From: a virus
Reading direction: 5' to 3' (one strand)
IMG/VR virus record: IMGVR_UViG_3300045974_000166
Span: 96,001 to 160,000 of that record
Length of the DNA: 64,000 nt
Position numbers and translations under genes: made by a program. Positions 55,638-61,668 of this stretch are shown one piece after another (the first letter of the stretch is position 1; each line of letters opens with the position of its first letter). The notes under the pieces are model-generated. The model saw only the letters and a list, made by a program, of their open reading frames with translations, made no database searches and was not told where the DNA came from.

Positions 55638-55731
55638 GGGCTAACACCGGTAGGATCCGGCCAGTGGTCGTCAATGACTCAGTATGGAATGAAAGCTTTG
55701 AAGTAGGTTCGAGTCCTACCTTGGTCCACCA
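55638..55731 (+). ncRNA. tRNA-like RNA with aberrant D/anticodon region
   Basis: 7-bp acceptor GGGCTAA/TTGGTCC, canonical T arm GTAGG-TTCGAGT-CCTAC, 3' ACCA. Confidence 0.5.
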
Positions 55732-56055
55732 ATTTTATTCCTCGGACTGGAAATACAGTGATGAATCCGTAAGCCGCTCGATAGCCCAAGGGTCACTGTA
55801 TAGTTGTGTTTGGAGTTAATATTACCAAGCACAGTGAAGTTAGATTCTTCATAGGGGAGCCAAATCACGCTTAGAGGTTGGGTGAAACCTCCGAGTACTT
55901 AAATGTACAATCCGCAGTACAGTGAGAAGCCCTGCGTTTATTTTAAAGCACATTGCCTGTGCGGACACAATGAGAAACATAGGTTCAAAGTGTGCTTTAA
56001 AATGGAATTAGCAAGAGTAATTAACTTGCTCCATTATCGGGAGTCATGACCCGAT

Positions 56056-56150
56056 GAACTCGTAGTGATGGAATTGGTAGACATAGGGCCCTTTCCGGGT
56101 CCTGCCGTAAAAAGCGTACAGGTTCGAGTCCTGTCTACAATGAGTTCGCA
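56056..56150 (+). ncRNA. tRNA-like RNA: Leu/Ser-type body, TTC anticodon, bulged 10-bp acceptor, no CCA
   Basis: D arm ATGGAATTGGTAGACAT, long variable arm, T arm ACAGG-TTCGAGT-CCTGT. Confidence 0.5.
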
Positions 56151-56539
56151 TTTTAAAGTATTCTGCAACGGCCGATTGTGGTCAAATAGACGAAGAGCGT
56201 ATAAGGTTGGTACCAACCTAAATCCCAGTAGGTTTATGAAGTAGAATGCTTTAAAATGATTTCAATCCACAATCCTCGCTCATCTGGGGATTACAATATG
56301 GGAATTAACCCTAAATGCGATGAGGCATTGACATCCTGTAAGGGTGTATAGCTTGAATTAACAGGGTGGATCGAAATGATTTTATAGTTGAAGGCATTGC
56401 ACTATCTGAGAAACACATCAGTAGGGTTGCTCCTACACCGGTGTGAAAAGTCGGAATTCGTTCTTCGCAGAGTTCAATAACCGTATTGGGACGAAGGTAA
56501 AGTGTTTTGAACAGTGCCTTCAACTATAAATAGAAATAT

Positions 56540-56615
56540 GGGCTGGTAGTGATACTGGGGTACACGAGGCACTTGCAATGCTTAGATTGGAGTTCGATCC
56601 TCCACCGGTCCACCA
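56540..56615 (+). tRNA. tRNA-Ala(TGC)
   Basis: Cloverleaf, G3:U70, CCA. Confidence 0.9.
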
Positions 56616-56622
56616 AAAATTT

Positions 56623-56694
56623 GCGGGTTGTTTGTGGAATACGTTTAGCCTTCCAAGCTGAAAGATGCAGGTTCGAACCCTGTAGCCCGCTCCA
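56623..56694 (+). tRNA. tRNA-Gly(TCC)
   Basis: Acceptor GCGGGTT, loop CTTCCAA, T arm, TCCA end; weak D arm. Confidence 0.8.
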
Positions 56695-56703
56695 CTTTAA
56701 TGA

Positions 56704-56780
56704 GTCCCAGTAGCCGAATAGGTATAGGCAGCTGTCTTAAAAGCAGTAATCTGTGGGTTCGAGTCCCACTTGGGACACCA
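56704..56780 (+). tRNA. tRNA-Leu(TAA), short variable loop
   Basis: Loop CTTAAAA, T arm, ACCA. Confidence 0.8.
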
Positions 56781-56787
56781 AGAATAA

Positions 56788-56863
56788 GCCAATGTGGGAC
56801 AGGGGTTGTCCAGCTGATTGTCTATCAGCCTTTATGACGGTTCGAGTCCGTTCGTTGGCGCCA
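56788..56863 (+). tRNA. tRNA-Asp(GTC)
   Basis: GCTGA-TTGTCTA-TCAGC, G73, CCA. Confidence 0.8.
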
Positions 56864-56868
56864 AGTTA

Positions 56869-56927
56869 AGGATCAGTTCAGCAAAAACTAAAAACTTTGA
56901 ATCATTCTCAAACTAAAAGTTGATCCT
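56869..56927 (+). ncRNA. Y-RNA-like element, copy 1 (short)
   Basis: AGGATCA/TGATCCT stem, GTTCAGCAA motif, A-rich interior. Confidence 0.5.
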
Positions 56928-56932
56928 GTTAA

Positions 56933-56961
56933 TTTACACATATTGATGAATGTTTTATAAT
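56933..56961 (+). promoter_or_regulatory. Phage early promoter
   Basis: TTTACA-17nt-TATAAT. Confidence 0.85.
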
Positions 56962-56986
56962 AACACATCAAATACGGAATTGCAAA

Positions 56987-57151
56987 ATGATTAAAGTTAA
57001 CATGAAACAAATGAAAAATTGGAAGGTTACTTCTGATAACGTTAAATTCTATGACTCAATCATGAAAACAAAAGGTTCTGTAGTTACTTTAGACAAAAGA
57101 CCTTATGTTGAATTACTTTGTGAGTTCAACATAATGTTTACGGCAAAATAA
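56987..57151 (+). CDS. Hypothetical protein (54 aa, not in ORF track)
   Basis: Follows promoter; MIKVNMKQMKNWKVTSDNVKFYDS... Confidence 0.5.
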   Translation: MIKVNMKQMKNWKVTSDNVKFYDSIMKTKGSVVTLDKRPYVELLCEFNIMFTAK

Positions 57152-57228
57152 TTTACACATAATATGGAATGATTTTAAATCATTCCATCCAATCAAACAT
57201 CGCTTTGATTGACTAGGTTCATTAAAAA
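57152..57228 (+). promoter_or_regulatory. Early promoter + boxB-like hairpin + boxA leader, copy 3
   Basis: TTTACA-17nt-TTAAAT; CAATCAAA-CATCGc-TTTGATTG; GTTCATTAAAAA. Confidence 0.65.
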
Positions 57229-57271
57229 GTTATTGAAGGATTTTCTGTGTTGACACTTAGTTGGCACAGAG

Positions 57272-57360
57272 ATCATTCCGAAGCATAAAGCAACCGTGGC
57301 AGAGATCGTCACAACTAACCATGGAATAGATGTGTTGCTCCATGTATGCTTCGGAATGAT
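57272..57360 (+). ncRNA. Stem-enclosed RNA cassette (same family as the 55177-56530 array)
   Basis: ATCATTCCGAAGCATA / TATGCTTCGGAATGAT perfect 16 bp. Confidence 0.55.
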
Positions 57361-57367
57361 GAATATT

Positions 57368-57453
57368 GGAGTAGACGCCTGAGTGGAAGGGCTCCCGGCT
57401 GTAACCCGGAGGACAGTAATGCTGTGTAGGTTCGAACCCTACCTGCTCCACCA
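57368..57453 (+). tRNA. tRNA-Tyr(GTA)
   Basis: Loop CTGTAAC, long variable arm, ACCA. Confidence 0.9.
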
Positions 57454-57460
57454 ATTTTAT

Positions 57461-57539
57461 TGACCATAAGCCGACAAGGTGTTAGGCGCTTGACTGTTAA
57501 TCAAGAATGAGGTAGGTTCGATTCCTACATGGTCAGCCA
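57461..57539 (+). tRNA. tRNA-Asn(GTT)
   Basis: CTTGA-CTGTTAA-TCAAG, GCCA. Confidence 0.92.
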
Positions 57540-57545
57540 AGTTAT

Positions 57546-57803
57546 TTCGTTGTAGTATAGAGGAAGGTAGAGTAGTATTGAGTATGTGAGATAAGGCATC
57601 TAGTAGTGCAAAGTAGATAACAATCGCGTAGGCTTAAAAAAACCAAACACTGTGAGCCGGGGAAGTGCCGGACAGGTTGAAATGCATGAAGAGTGAGATA
57701 AGGCGCAGAGGGGATATGAGGGTAACTTTGGGAAATACACGGGCCACCCAGCATACGCGATTTTGGGCCCTAGTCGCAGGTTCGAGCCCTGCCAATGAAG
57801 CCA
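57546..57803 (+). ncRNA. 258-nt tRNA-framed RNA with a giant D-loop insertion
   Basis: Acceptor TTCGTTG/CAATGAA-G-CCA, D stem GTAT...ATAC, stem GGGCC/GGCCC with 20-nt loop, canonical T arm. Confidence 0.6.
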
Positions 57804-57806
57804 AGT

Positions 57807-57959
57807 TTTGAAGTGTAGATGTTGAGAACACAGGAACTCGAAAGCCCTGTAAGCAGATTTAGCGATCTATGTACCAACTATTACTACGTATCTCTAACCC
57901 ACCGCGGCTAGTATTCATGGGTAAAATGGTTCCGAATGAGGGAGACGGAACACTTCAAA
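57807..57959 (+). ncRNA. Stem-enclosed RNA cassette
   Basis: TTTGAAGTG / CACTTCAAA closing stem. Confidence 0.4.
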
Positions 57960-57968
57960 TTCATTTTT

Positions 57969-58023
57969 AGGTTCCGTTCAGCAAATTCAAAAATTTCACT
58001 TTTAATGAAAAAATAAGGAACCT
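57969..58023 (+). ncRNA. Y-RNA-like element, copy 2 (short)
   Basis: AGGTTCC/GGAACCT stem, GTTCAGCAA motif. Confidence 0.5.
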
Positions 58024-58031
58024 GTTATTTT

Positions 58032-58107
58032 AGCCTTGTATTCAATCGTAGTTGAAACCTCTCTCATAAAGAGGATATAGGCGGTTAGACTCCGTCCTAG
58101 GCCACCA
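58032..58107 (+). tRNA. tRNA-Met/Ile2(CAT), degenerate
   Basis: CCTCT-CTCATAA-AGAGG; T loop TTAGACT; acceptor mismatches. Confidence 0.6.
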
Positions 58108-58109
58108 AA

Positions 58110-58475
58110 TACTAAGTTGTTTGCTAGTAGTAGAGTAGATGGAAACCGAGCCGGAAAGATGTTCCGGTCTTCACAGAAATGTGACAAACGATAAGCAAAG
58201 TCGGTCCAGTAGGGAGTCGAAAGCAAACAATGGCGGAAAGACCTGCCGAGGACAGAAGTTAAGATCATACACAGACGGCCCACATGGTACCGACTGGCAA
58301 TTCGATCCTAACGCCGTGTATTCCTTCCCAAATTGAATCAAGTGGAAAGCAAGAGCCACAAAGTAAATGTTAGATGATCATGGCTGCTCGGTCATCTTTG
58401 CTGTGATACACGGCGTCAGTTGTCCGCAAGGGTAGCAATTGAGAAACAACGGGGTAAGAATCCCAACTAAGAGTA
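58110..58475 (+). ncRNA. Candidate large structured ncRNA (about 365 nt)
   Basis: Terminal pairing TACT..AGTTG / CAACT..AGTA; long-range ACGCCGTGTAT / ATACACGGCGT; many GNRA loops. Confidence 0.55.
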
Positions 58476-58489
58476 TGCCTCCAATTTTC

Positions 58490-58564
58490 ACCGCGTTCGA
58501 CTTCTGGTGAGGTCAACAGCCTTTCAAGCTGTGTAGACGGGCTCGAAACCCGTACGCGGTACCA
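58490..58564 (+). tRNA. tRNA-Glu(TTC)
   Basis: ACAGC-CTTTCAA-GCTGT, ACCA. Confidence 0.85.
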
Positions 58565-58625
58565 ACATTTGAAGACGCCAAGGTTACCTGCACCATAACG
58601 GCAAGCAGGACTTCAAATTCAATTC

Positions 58626-58699
58626 GCCTATGTAGCTCAATGGTAGAGCAATCGACTGATAATCGATCGACGAAGGTCCGATTCCTTACGTAGGCACCA
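58626..58699 (+). tRNA. tRNA-Ile(GAT)
   Basis: ATCGA-CTGATAA-TCGAT, ACCA. Confidence 0.9.
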
Positions 58700-58704
58700 A
58701 ATAT

Positions 58705-58782
58705 GAGGCGTGAGCTAGTGTGGTCATTCAGCGACGGTCTGAAAAGCCGTAGAACAAGGTCCGATTCCTTGACGCCCCACCA
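58705..58782 (+). tRNA. tRNA-Phe(GAA)
   Basis: ACGGT-CTGAAAA-GCCGT, ACCA. Confidence 0.85.
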
Positions 58783-58789
58783 AAGTTAT

Positions 58790-58882
58790 GGAGATGTGGT
58801 CGAGTCTGGTTTATGGCAACGGTCTTGAAAACCGTCGGGGACTAACCCTCCCCCGTGAGTTCGAATCTCACCGTCTCCGCCA
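58790..58882 (+). tRNA. tRNA-Ser(TGA)
   Basis: Loop CTTGAAA, long variable arm, GCCA. Confidence 0.93.
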
Positions 58883-58890
58883 AAATTTAT

Positions 58891-58964
58891 GCACTTAGAG
58901 CCGGTTGGATAGGCAGCGGATTGCAAACCCGTGTAACTCAGTTCGATTCTGAGTAGGTGTTCCA
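58891..58964 (+). tRNA. tRNA-Cys(GCA)
   Basis: Loop TTGCAAA, U73, CCA. Confidence 0.85.
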
Positions 58965-58970
58965 GTATTT

Positions 58971-59044
58971 CTCGGTATAGTTTAATAGTAGAATTTATGC
59001 TTTGGGAGCATGGGATGGGGGTGCGATTCCTCCTACCGAGACCA
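58971..59044 (+). tRNA. tRNA-Pro(TGG)
   Basis: C1:G72, loop TTTGGGA, ACCA. Confidence 0.85.
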
Positions 59045-59050
59045 ATTTAA

Positions 59051-59127
59051 CAGTATGTGGTGACAAGTGGACGTCGACTAGTTTTGGAAACTAGAATATA
59101 TCGGTTCGAGGCCGATCATACTGACCA
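59051..59127 (+). tRNA. tRNA-Pro(TGG), second divergent copy
   Basis: CTAGT-TTTGGAA-ACTAG, C1:G72, ACCA. Confidence 0.75.
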
Positions 59128-59229
59128 TTTTAAGTAAGACATTCGGGTTGACCACAAGGCCACGTGCCAAGGTAAGGTGTCTGAAGTATAAGCAACAGGT
59201 TTGGTCATGCTTATGCACGAAAAAGTTTT

Positions 59230-59305
59230 GAGTAGTTACAGCAATTAATAAAATCTGGCTGAGGGTTTCGATTTCCCTCTTTAATCAAAAAGTAGATCAC
59301 TACTC
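59230..59305 (+). ncRNA. Y-RNA-like element, copy 3 (with T-arm-like hairpin)
   Basis: GAGTAGT/ACTACTC stem, TTACAGCAA motif, GAGGG-tTTCGATTt-CCCTC. Confidence 0.5.
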
Positions 59306-59316
59306 AGTTATATTAC

Positions 59317-59391
59317 CTGCCATTCGTATAGTGAATAATACAACTTTCTTCTAAAGAGTGAACGGGAGTTTGATTCTCTCATGGCGGACCA
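59317..59391 (+). tRNA. tRNA-Arg(TCT)
   Basis: Acceptor CTGCCAT/ATGGCGG, loop CTTCTAA, ACCA. Confidence 0.75.
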
Positions 59392-59415
59392 AAGATCATT
59401 AAGAATAAAAATAAC

Positions 59416-59423
59416 TATAAATA
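59416..59423 (+). promoter_or_regulatory. T4 late promoter (TATAAATA) inside the tRNA array
   Basis: Exact T4 late consensus 8 nt before tRNA-Gly(GCC). Confidence 0.6.
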
Positions 59424-59431
59424 GTAAGTAT

Positions 59432-59505
59432 GTGGGGTTAGTTAAATGGTAGAACCAAACGTTGCCAACGTTTAGACACGGGTCCGATTCCCGTACCTCA
59501 CACCA
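59432..59505 (+). tRNA. tRNA-Gly(GCC)
   Basis: AAACG-TTGCCAA-CGTTT, ACCA. Confidence 0.88.
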
Positions 59506-59510
59506 AATTT

Positions 59511-59585
59511 GCTCTCAAAGCATAGACAGCGATGCAGGGGTCTTGTAAGCCTCAGAGTAGGGCGCAAGTCCTTATGGGAGCACCA
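59511..59585 (+). tRNA. tRNA-Thr(TGT)
   Basis: Loop CTTGTAA, acceptor GCTCTCA/TGGGAGC, ACCA. Confidence 0.8.
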
Positions 59586-59590
59586 AATTA

Positions 59591-59664
59591 CGCAGGTAGT
59601 GTAGCCAACAATCCTCTCTCATAAGGACGGATCATCGGAGGTGCGAATCCTTCACCTGCACCCA
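59591..59664 (+). tRNA. tRNA-Met-like (CAT), degenerate, C1:A72 mismatch
   Basis: Loop CTCATAA, T arm GGAGG-TGCGAAT-CCTTC; weak anticodon stem. Confidence 0.45.
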
Positions 59665-59689
59665 TTTAATCATAGAAAGGCATCATATC

Positions 59690-60253
59690 ATGAATAGGTA
59701 TCCATTAGTGCTAACACTAGATTCTGCAGGTATTCCGCAGAGATGGTCTACCTGGGAAGAAGGTGTCGTGGCAAAATACAAAGGCGTTATCGCTTGGTCA
59801 CTTGGTGAAGAAACCATCTACCGGGGCGGTAACTCAAGACTTACTGGCGAACAATCAACCGTAGCAGTTCCATCTATTATTGCTATTCGATCTATGGGTC
59901 GTACAAAGAACCGAGCAGTGCCACTTACAAACAAGAATTTGTTTGGGCGTGACCGGAACATTTGTTGTTACTGTGGTACTCATGTGAAAGATCATGACGC
60001 TACACGTGACCATATTGTTCCGTATGCTAAGAAAGGTACGAACGTTTGGATGAATGTTGTTACTGCATGTAAGCCTTGCAATAACTATAAGGATGACAAA
60101 ACTGTAGAACAAGCTGGGCTAGAGATGCTATATGCACCTTATGTCCCAGATCGTGCAGAAGCTTTGATTCTTGCCAACCGTAACATTTTGGCAGATCAAA
60201 TGGAATTCTTATTGGCACATTTGCCTAAGCATTCTCGGGCACGACCACATTAG
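59690..60253 (+). CDS. HNH endonuclease
   Basis: LFGRDRNICCYCG, TRDHIVP..K.G...WMNVVTACK.CN..K. Confidence 0.92.
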   Translation: MNRYPLVLTLDSAGIPQRWSTWEEGVVAKYKGVIAWSLGEETIYRGGNSRLTGEQSTVAVPSIIAIRSMGRTKNRAVPLTNKNLFGRDRNICCYCGTHVKDHDATRDHIVPYAKKGTNVWMNVVTACKPCNNYKDDKTVEQAGLEMLYAPYVPDRAEALILANRNILADQMEFLLAHLPKHSRARPH

Positions 60254-60342
60254 GGGTGTGGGCAGGATGGTAATGCAGCGGTTTGCTAAACCGTAGAGTC
60301 CCTCAAAAGGCTCACAGGGTCCGATTCCCTGACACTCCGCCA
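60253..60342 (+). tRNA. tRNA-Ser(GCT)
   Basis: GCGGT-TTGCTAA-ACCGT, long variable arm, GCCA. Confidence 0.9.
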
Positions 60343-60347
60343 ATTTT

Positions 60348-60459
60348 AGGATCAGTTCAGCATTTAATATACCAAGCAGCTTGTTGTGAGTTCGATTCTC
60401 ACCTTCCGAGTAATCGGTTGTAGTTCAACGGTAGAACAGCCGCCAATTAAAGTGATCCT
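60348..60459 (+). ncRNA. YrlA-like Y RNA with circularly permuted tRNA module (copy 4)
   Basis: AGGATCA/TGATCCT stem + GTTCAGCA; T arm 60386-60402, closed acceptor 60403-60420 with GTAA loop, TA + D arm 60423-60437. Confidence 0.7.
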
Positions 60460-60470
60460 GCTAAATATAC

Positions 60471-60546
60471 TGGGGGTTTGTCATTTGGTAATGACACTGC
60501 GCTTTGACCGCAGGAAAGTCGGGTCCGATTCCCACACCCTCTGCCA
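60471..60546 (+). tRNA. tRNA-Gln(TTG)
   Basis: CTGCG-CTTTGAC-CGCAG, GCCA. Confidence 0.8.
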
Positions 60547-60581
60547 ACATTATTGATTTTTAACTAGATGGAGTACTCCAA

Positions 60582-60734
60582 ATGAAAGATAGAAGTGTGA
60601 AACATAAAGAAGCCCTGAGCCGTAACACGGAATGGGCAAAACTTTCCCCTACTGAGCAATTAGCTCAACTGGATAAGTTGGGTTTGGTAGCAACCAAACA
60701 GCGAAAGAAAATTGCTGCTAAAATGGCAGCTTGA
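60582..60734 (+). CDS. Small basic protein (50 aa, not in ORF track)
   Basis: RBS GGAG; W..LSP.EQLA.LD.....A.KQR.K. Confidence 0.6.
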   Translation: MKDRSVKHKEALSRNTEWAKLSPTEQLAQLDKLGLVATKQRKKIAAKMAA

Positions 60735-60741
60735 GATATAC

Positions 60742-60815
60742 AGGTGGTTGGTGTAATGGCAACATTGCGGTCTCCAAAATCGTCGATCGGGGTTCGAGTC
60801 CCTGGCTGCCTGCCA
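60742..60815 (+). tRNA. tRNA-Trp(CCA)
   Basis: Loop CTCCAAA, G73, CCA. Confidence 0.88.
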
Positions 60816-60828
60816 AGACAATTTAGGT

Positions 60829-60902
60829 GTGGCCTTATCATAAAAGTAATGACCTAGGCTGTGAACTTAGTTAAGAGGGAGCATTACCCTCAGGTCACCC
60901 CT
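60829..60902 (+). tRNA. tRNA-His(GTG), degenerate
   Basis: Acceptor GTGGCCT/AGGTCAC, C73, loop CTGTGAA; T loop AGCATTA; ends CCT and -1 base is T. Confidence 0.55.
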
Positions 60903-60913
60903 AAATTGTTTTT

Positions 60914-60990
60914 GCGGATGTGGCGAAATTGGTAAACGCAGCGGTCTTAGAAGCCGTAGGCTGTGGGTTCGAGTCCCACCATCCGCACCA
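60914..60990 (+). tRNA. tRNA-Leu(TAG), short variable loop
   Basis: Leu-type D arm, loop CTTAGAA, ACCA. Confidence 0.88.
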
Positions 60991-61067
60991 AAATTTACGG
61001 GGAGCAACTAATCATTGCCGCTATATGTCCATACCCCGTGGGTATAGTGTTTCCCTGTAAAACTTAC

Positions 61068-61142
61068 ATCTCTGTAGTACAACGGAAAGTATCTAAGTTT
61101 GCGAAACTTAAGACGGTGGTTCGACTCCACCCAGAGGTACCA
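61068..61142 (+). tRNA. tRNA-Arg(GCG)
   Basis: TAAGT-TTGCGAA-ACTTA, T arm, ACCA. Confidence 0.82.
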
Positions 61143-61158
61143 TCATTAAAGGAAAATC

Positions 61159-61347
61159 ATGAAAAAACTTATCGCTCTCATTACATTGGCTTTTGCCTCT
61201 ACCGCTTTTGCTGCTGCTTCGGCACCTCGCGTACATGTACAACTCAAGGTTGCTCAGCCACCAGTCCAAGCAGCTGTTAATGAAACAAAACTAAAGCAGC
61301 GTGCTGCTAAGTTGGCCAAGGCCAAGGCTAAAGCCGCTTCTAAGTAA
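61159..61347 (+). CDS. Small exported protein with signal peptide
   Basis: MKKLIALITLAFASTAFA; RBS AAGGAA; Ala/Lys-rich tail. Confidence 0.75.
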   Translation: MKKLIALITLAFASTAFAAASAPRVHVQLKVAQPPVQAAVNETKLKQRAAKLAKAKAKAASK

Positions 61348-61418
61348 GAAGTACTCCGACACAGATACTGTATCTCGTCTGTGTTGGGGAGGGTGGAATA
61401 CAGCCACCCGAGAGATAC

Positions 61419-61495
61419 GTCCATGTAGCCGAATTGGTATAGGCACCTGTTTCAAAAGCAGTCATCTGTGGGTTCGAGTCCCACCTTGGACACCA
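61419..61495 (+). tRNA. tRNA-Leu(CAA), short variable loop
   Basis: Loop TTCAAAA; near-paralog of tRNA-Leu(TAA) at 56704. Confidence 0.8.
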
Positions 61496-61505
61496 ACCAA
61501 ATTAT

Positions 61506-61580
61506 GCGCGGGTAGCTCAGAGGAAGAGCAACTCTTTTACACGGAGAAGGTCGAGATTTCAAAATTCTCCCTGCGCACCA
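61506..61580 (+). tRNA. tRNA-Val(TAC)
   Basis: Loop TTTACAC, ACCA. Confidence 0.85.
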
Positions 61581-61588
61581 AAACATTA

Positions 61589-61663
61589 GGGTCGTTAGTA
61601 CAACGAATAGTATCATTGTCTTCGAAACAATAGATAAAGGTTTGACTCCTTTACGACCCCCCA
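61589..61663 (+). tRNA. tRNA-Arg(TCG)
   Basis: ATTGT-CTTCGAA-ACAAT; acceptor GGGTCGT/ACGACCC. Confidence 0.8.
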
Positions 61664-61668
61664 ACATC

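Larger units (their letters stand above)
55177..56530 (+). repeat. Array of small RNA cassettes each enclosed by a related 13-19 bp inverted repeat
   Basis: Stems at 55177-55256, 55256-55338, 55415-55502, 55545-55630, 55940-56003, 56149-56258, 56259-56377 (10 bp, imperfect) and 56381-56530; most left arms resemble CATTTT(G/A)AAGTAT. Confidence 0.75.

Noticed and set aside
55177-56530. CRISPR array (recurrent CATTTTGAAGTATT-like sequence with unique intervening DNA)
   Set aside because: Repeats occur as inverted pairs flanking each unit, vary in sequence, have irregular spacing, and no cas genes are present. Reported instead as clamped RNA cassettes.
57546-57803. tmRNA
   Set aside because: No G3:U70 alanine identity or GGGG 5' end, and no recognisable resume codon/tag (ANDE-like) reading frame.
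58110-58475. RNase P RNA or group I/II intron
   Set aside because: Could not find the P4 GAGGAAAGUCC / AACAGAA pair, the group I P7 core or group II domain V. Left as an unknown ncRNA.
60963-61633. ORF-track entries 60963-61280 and 61301-61633 (and similar ORFs at 55628, 58139, 57257, 58002)
   Set aside because: They overlap clear tRNA or ncRNA genes and lack an RBS or plausible composition.
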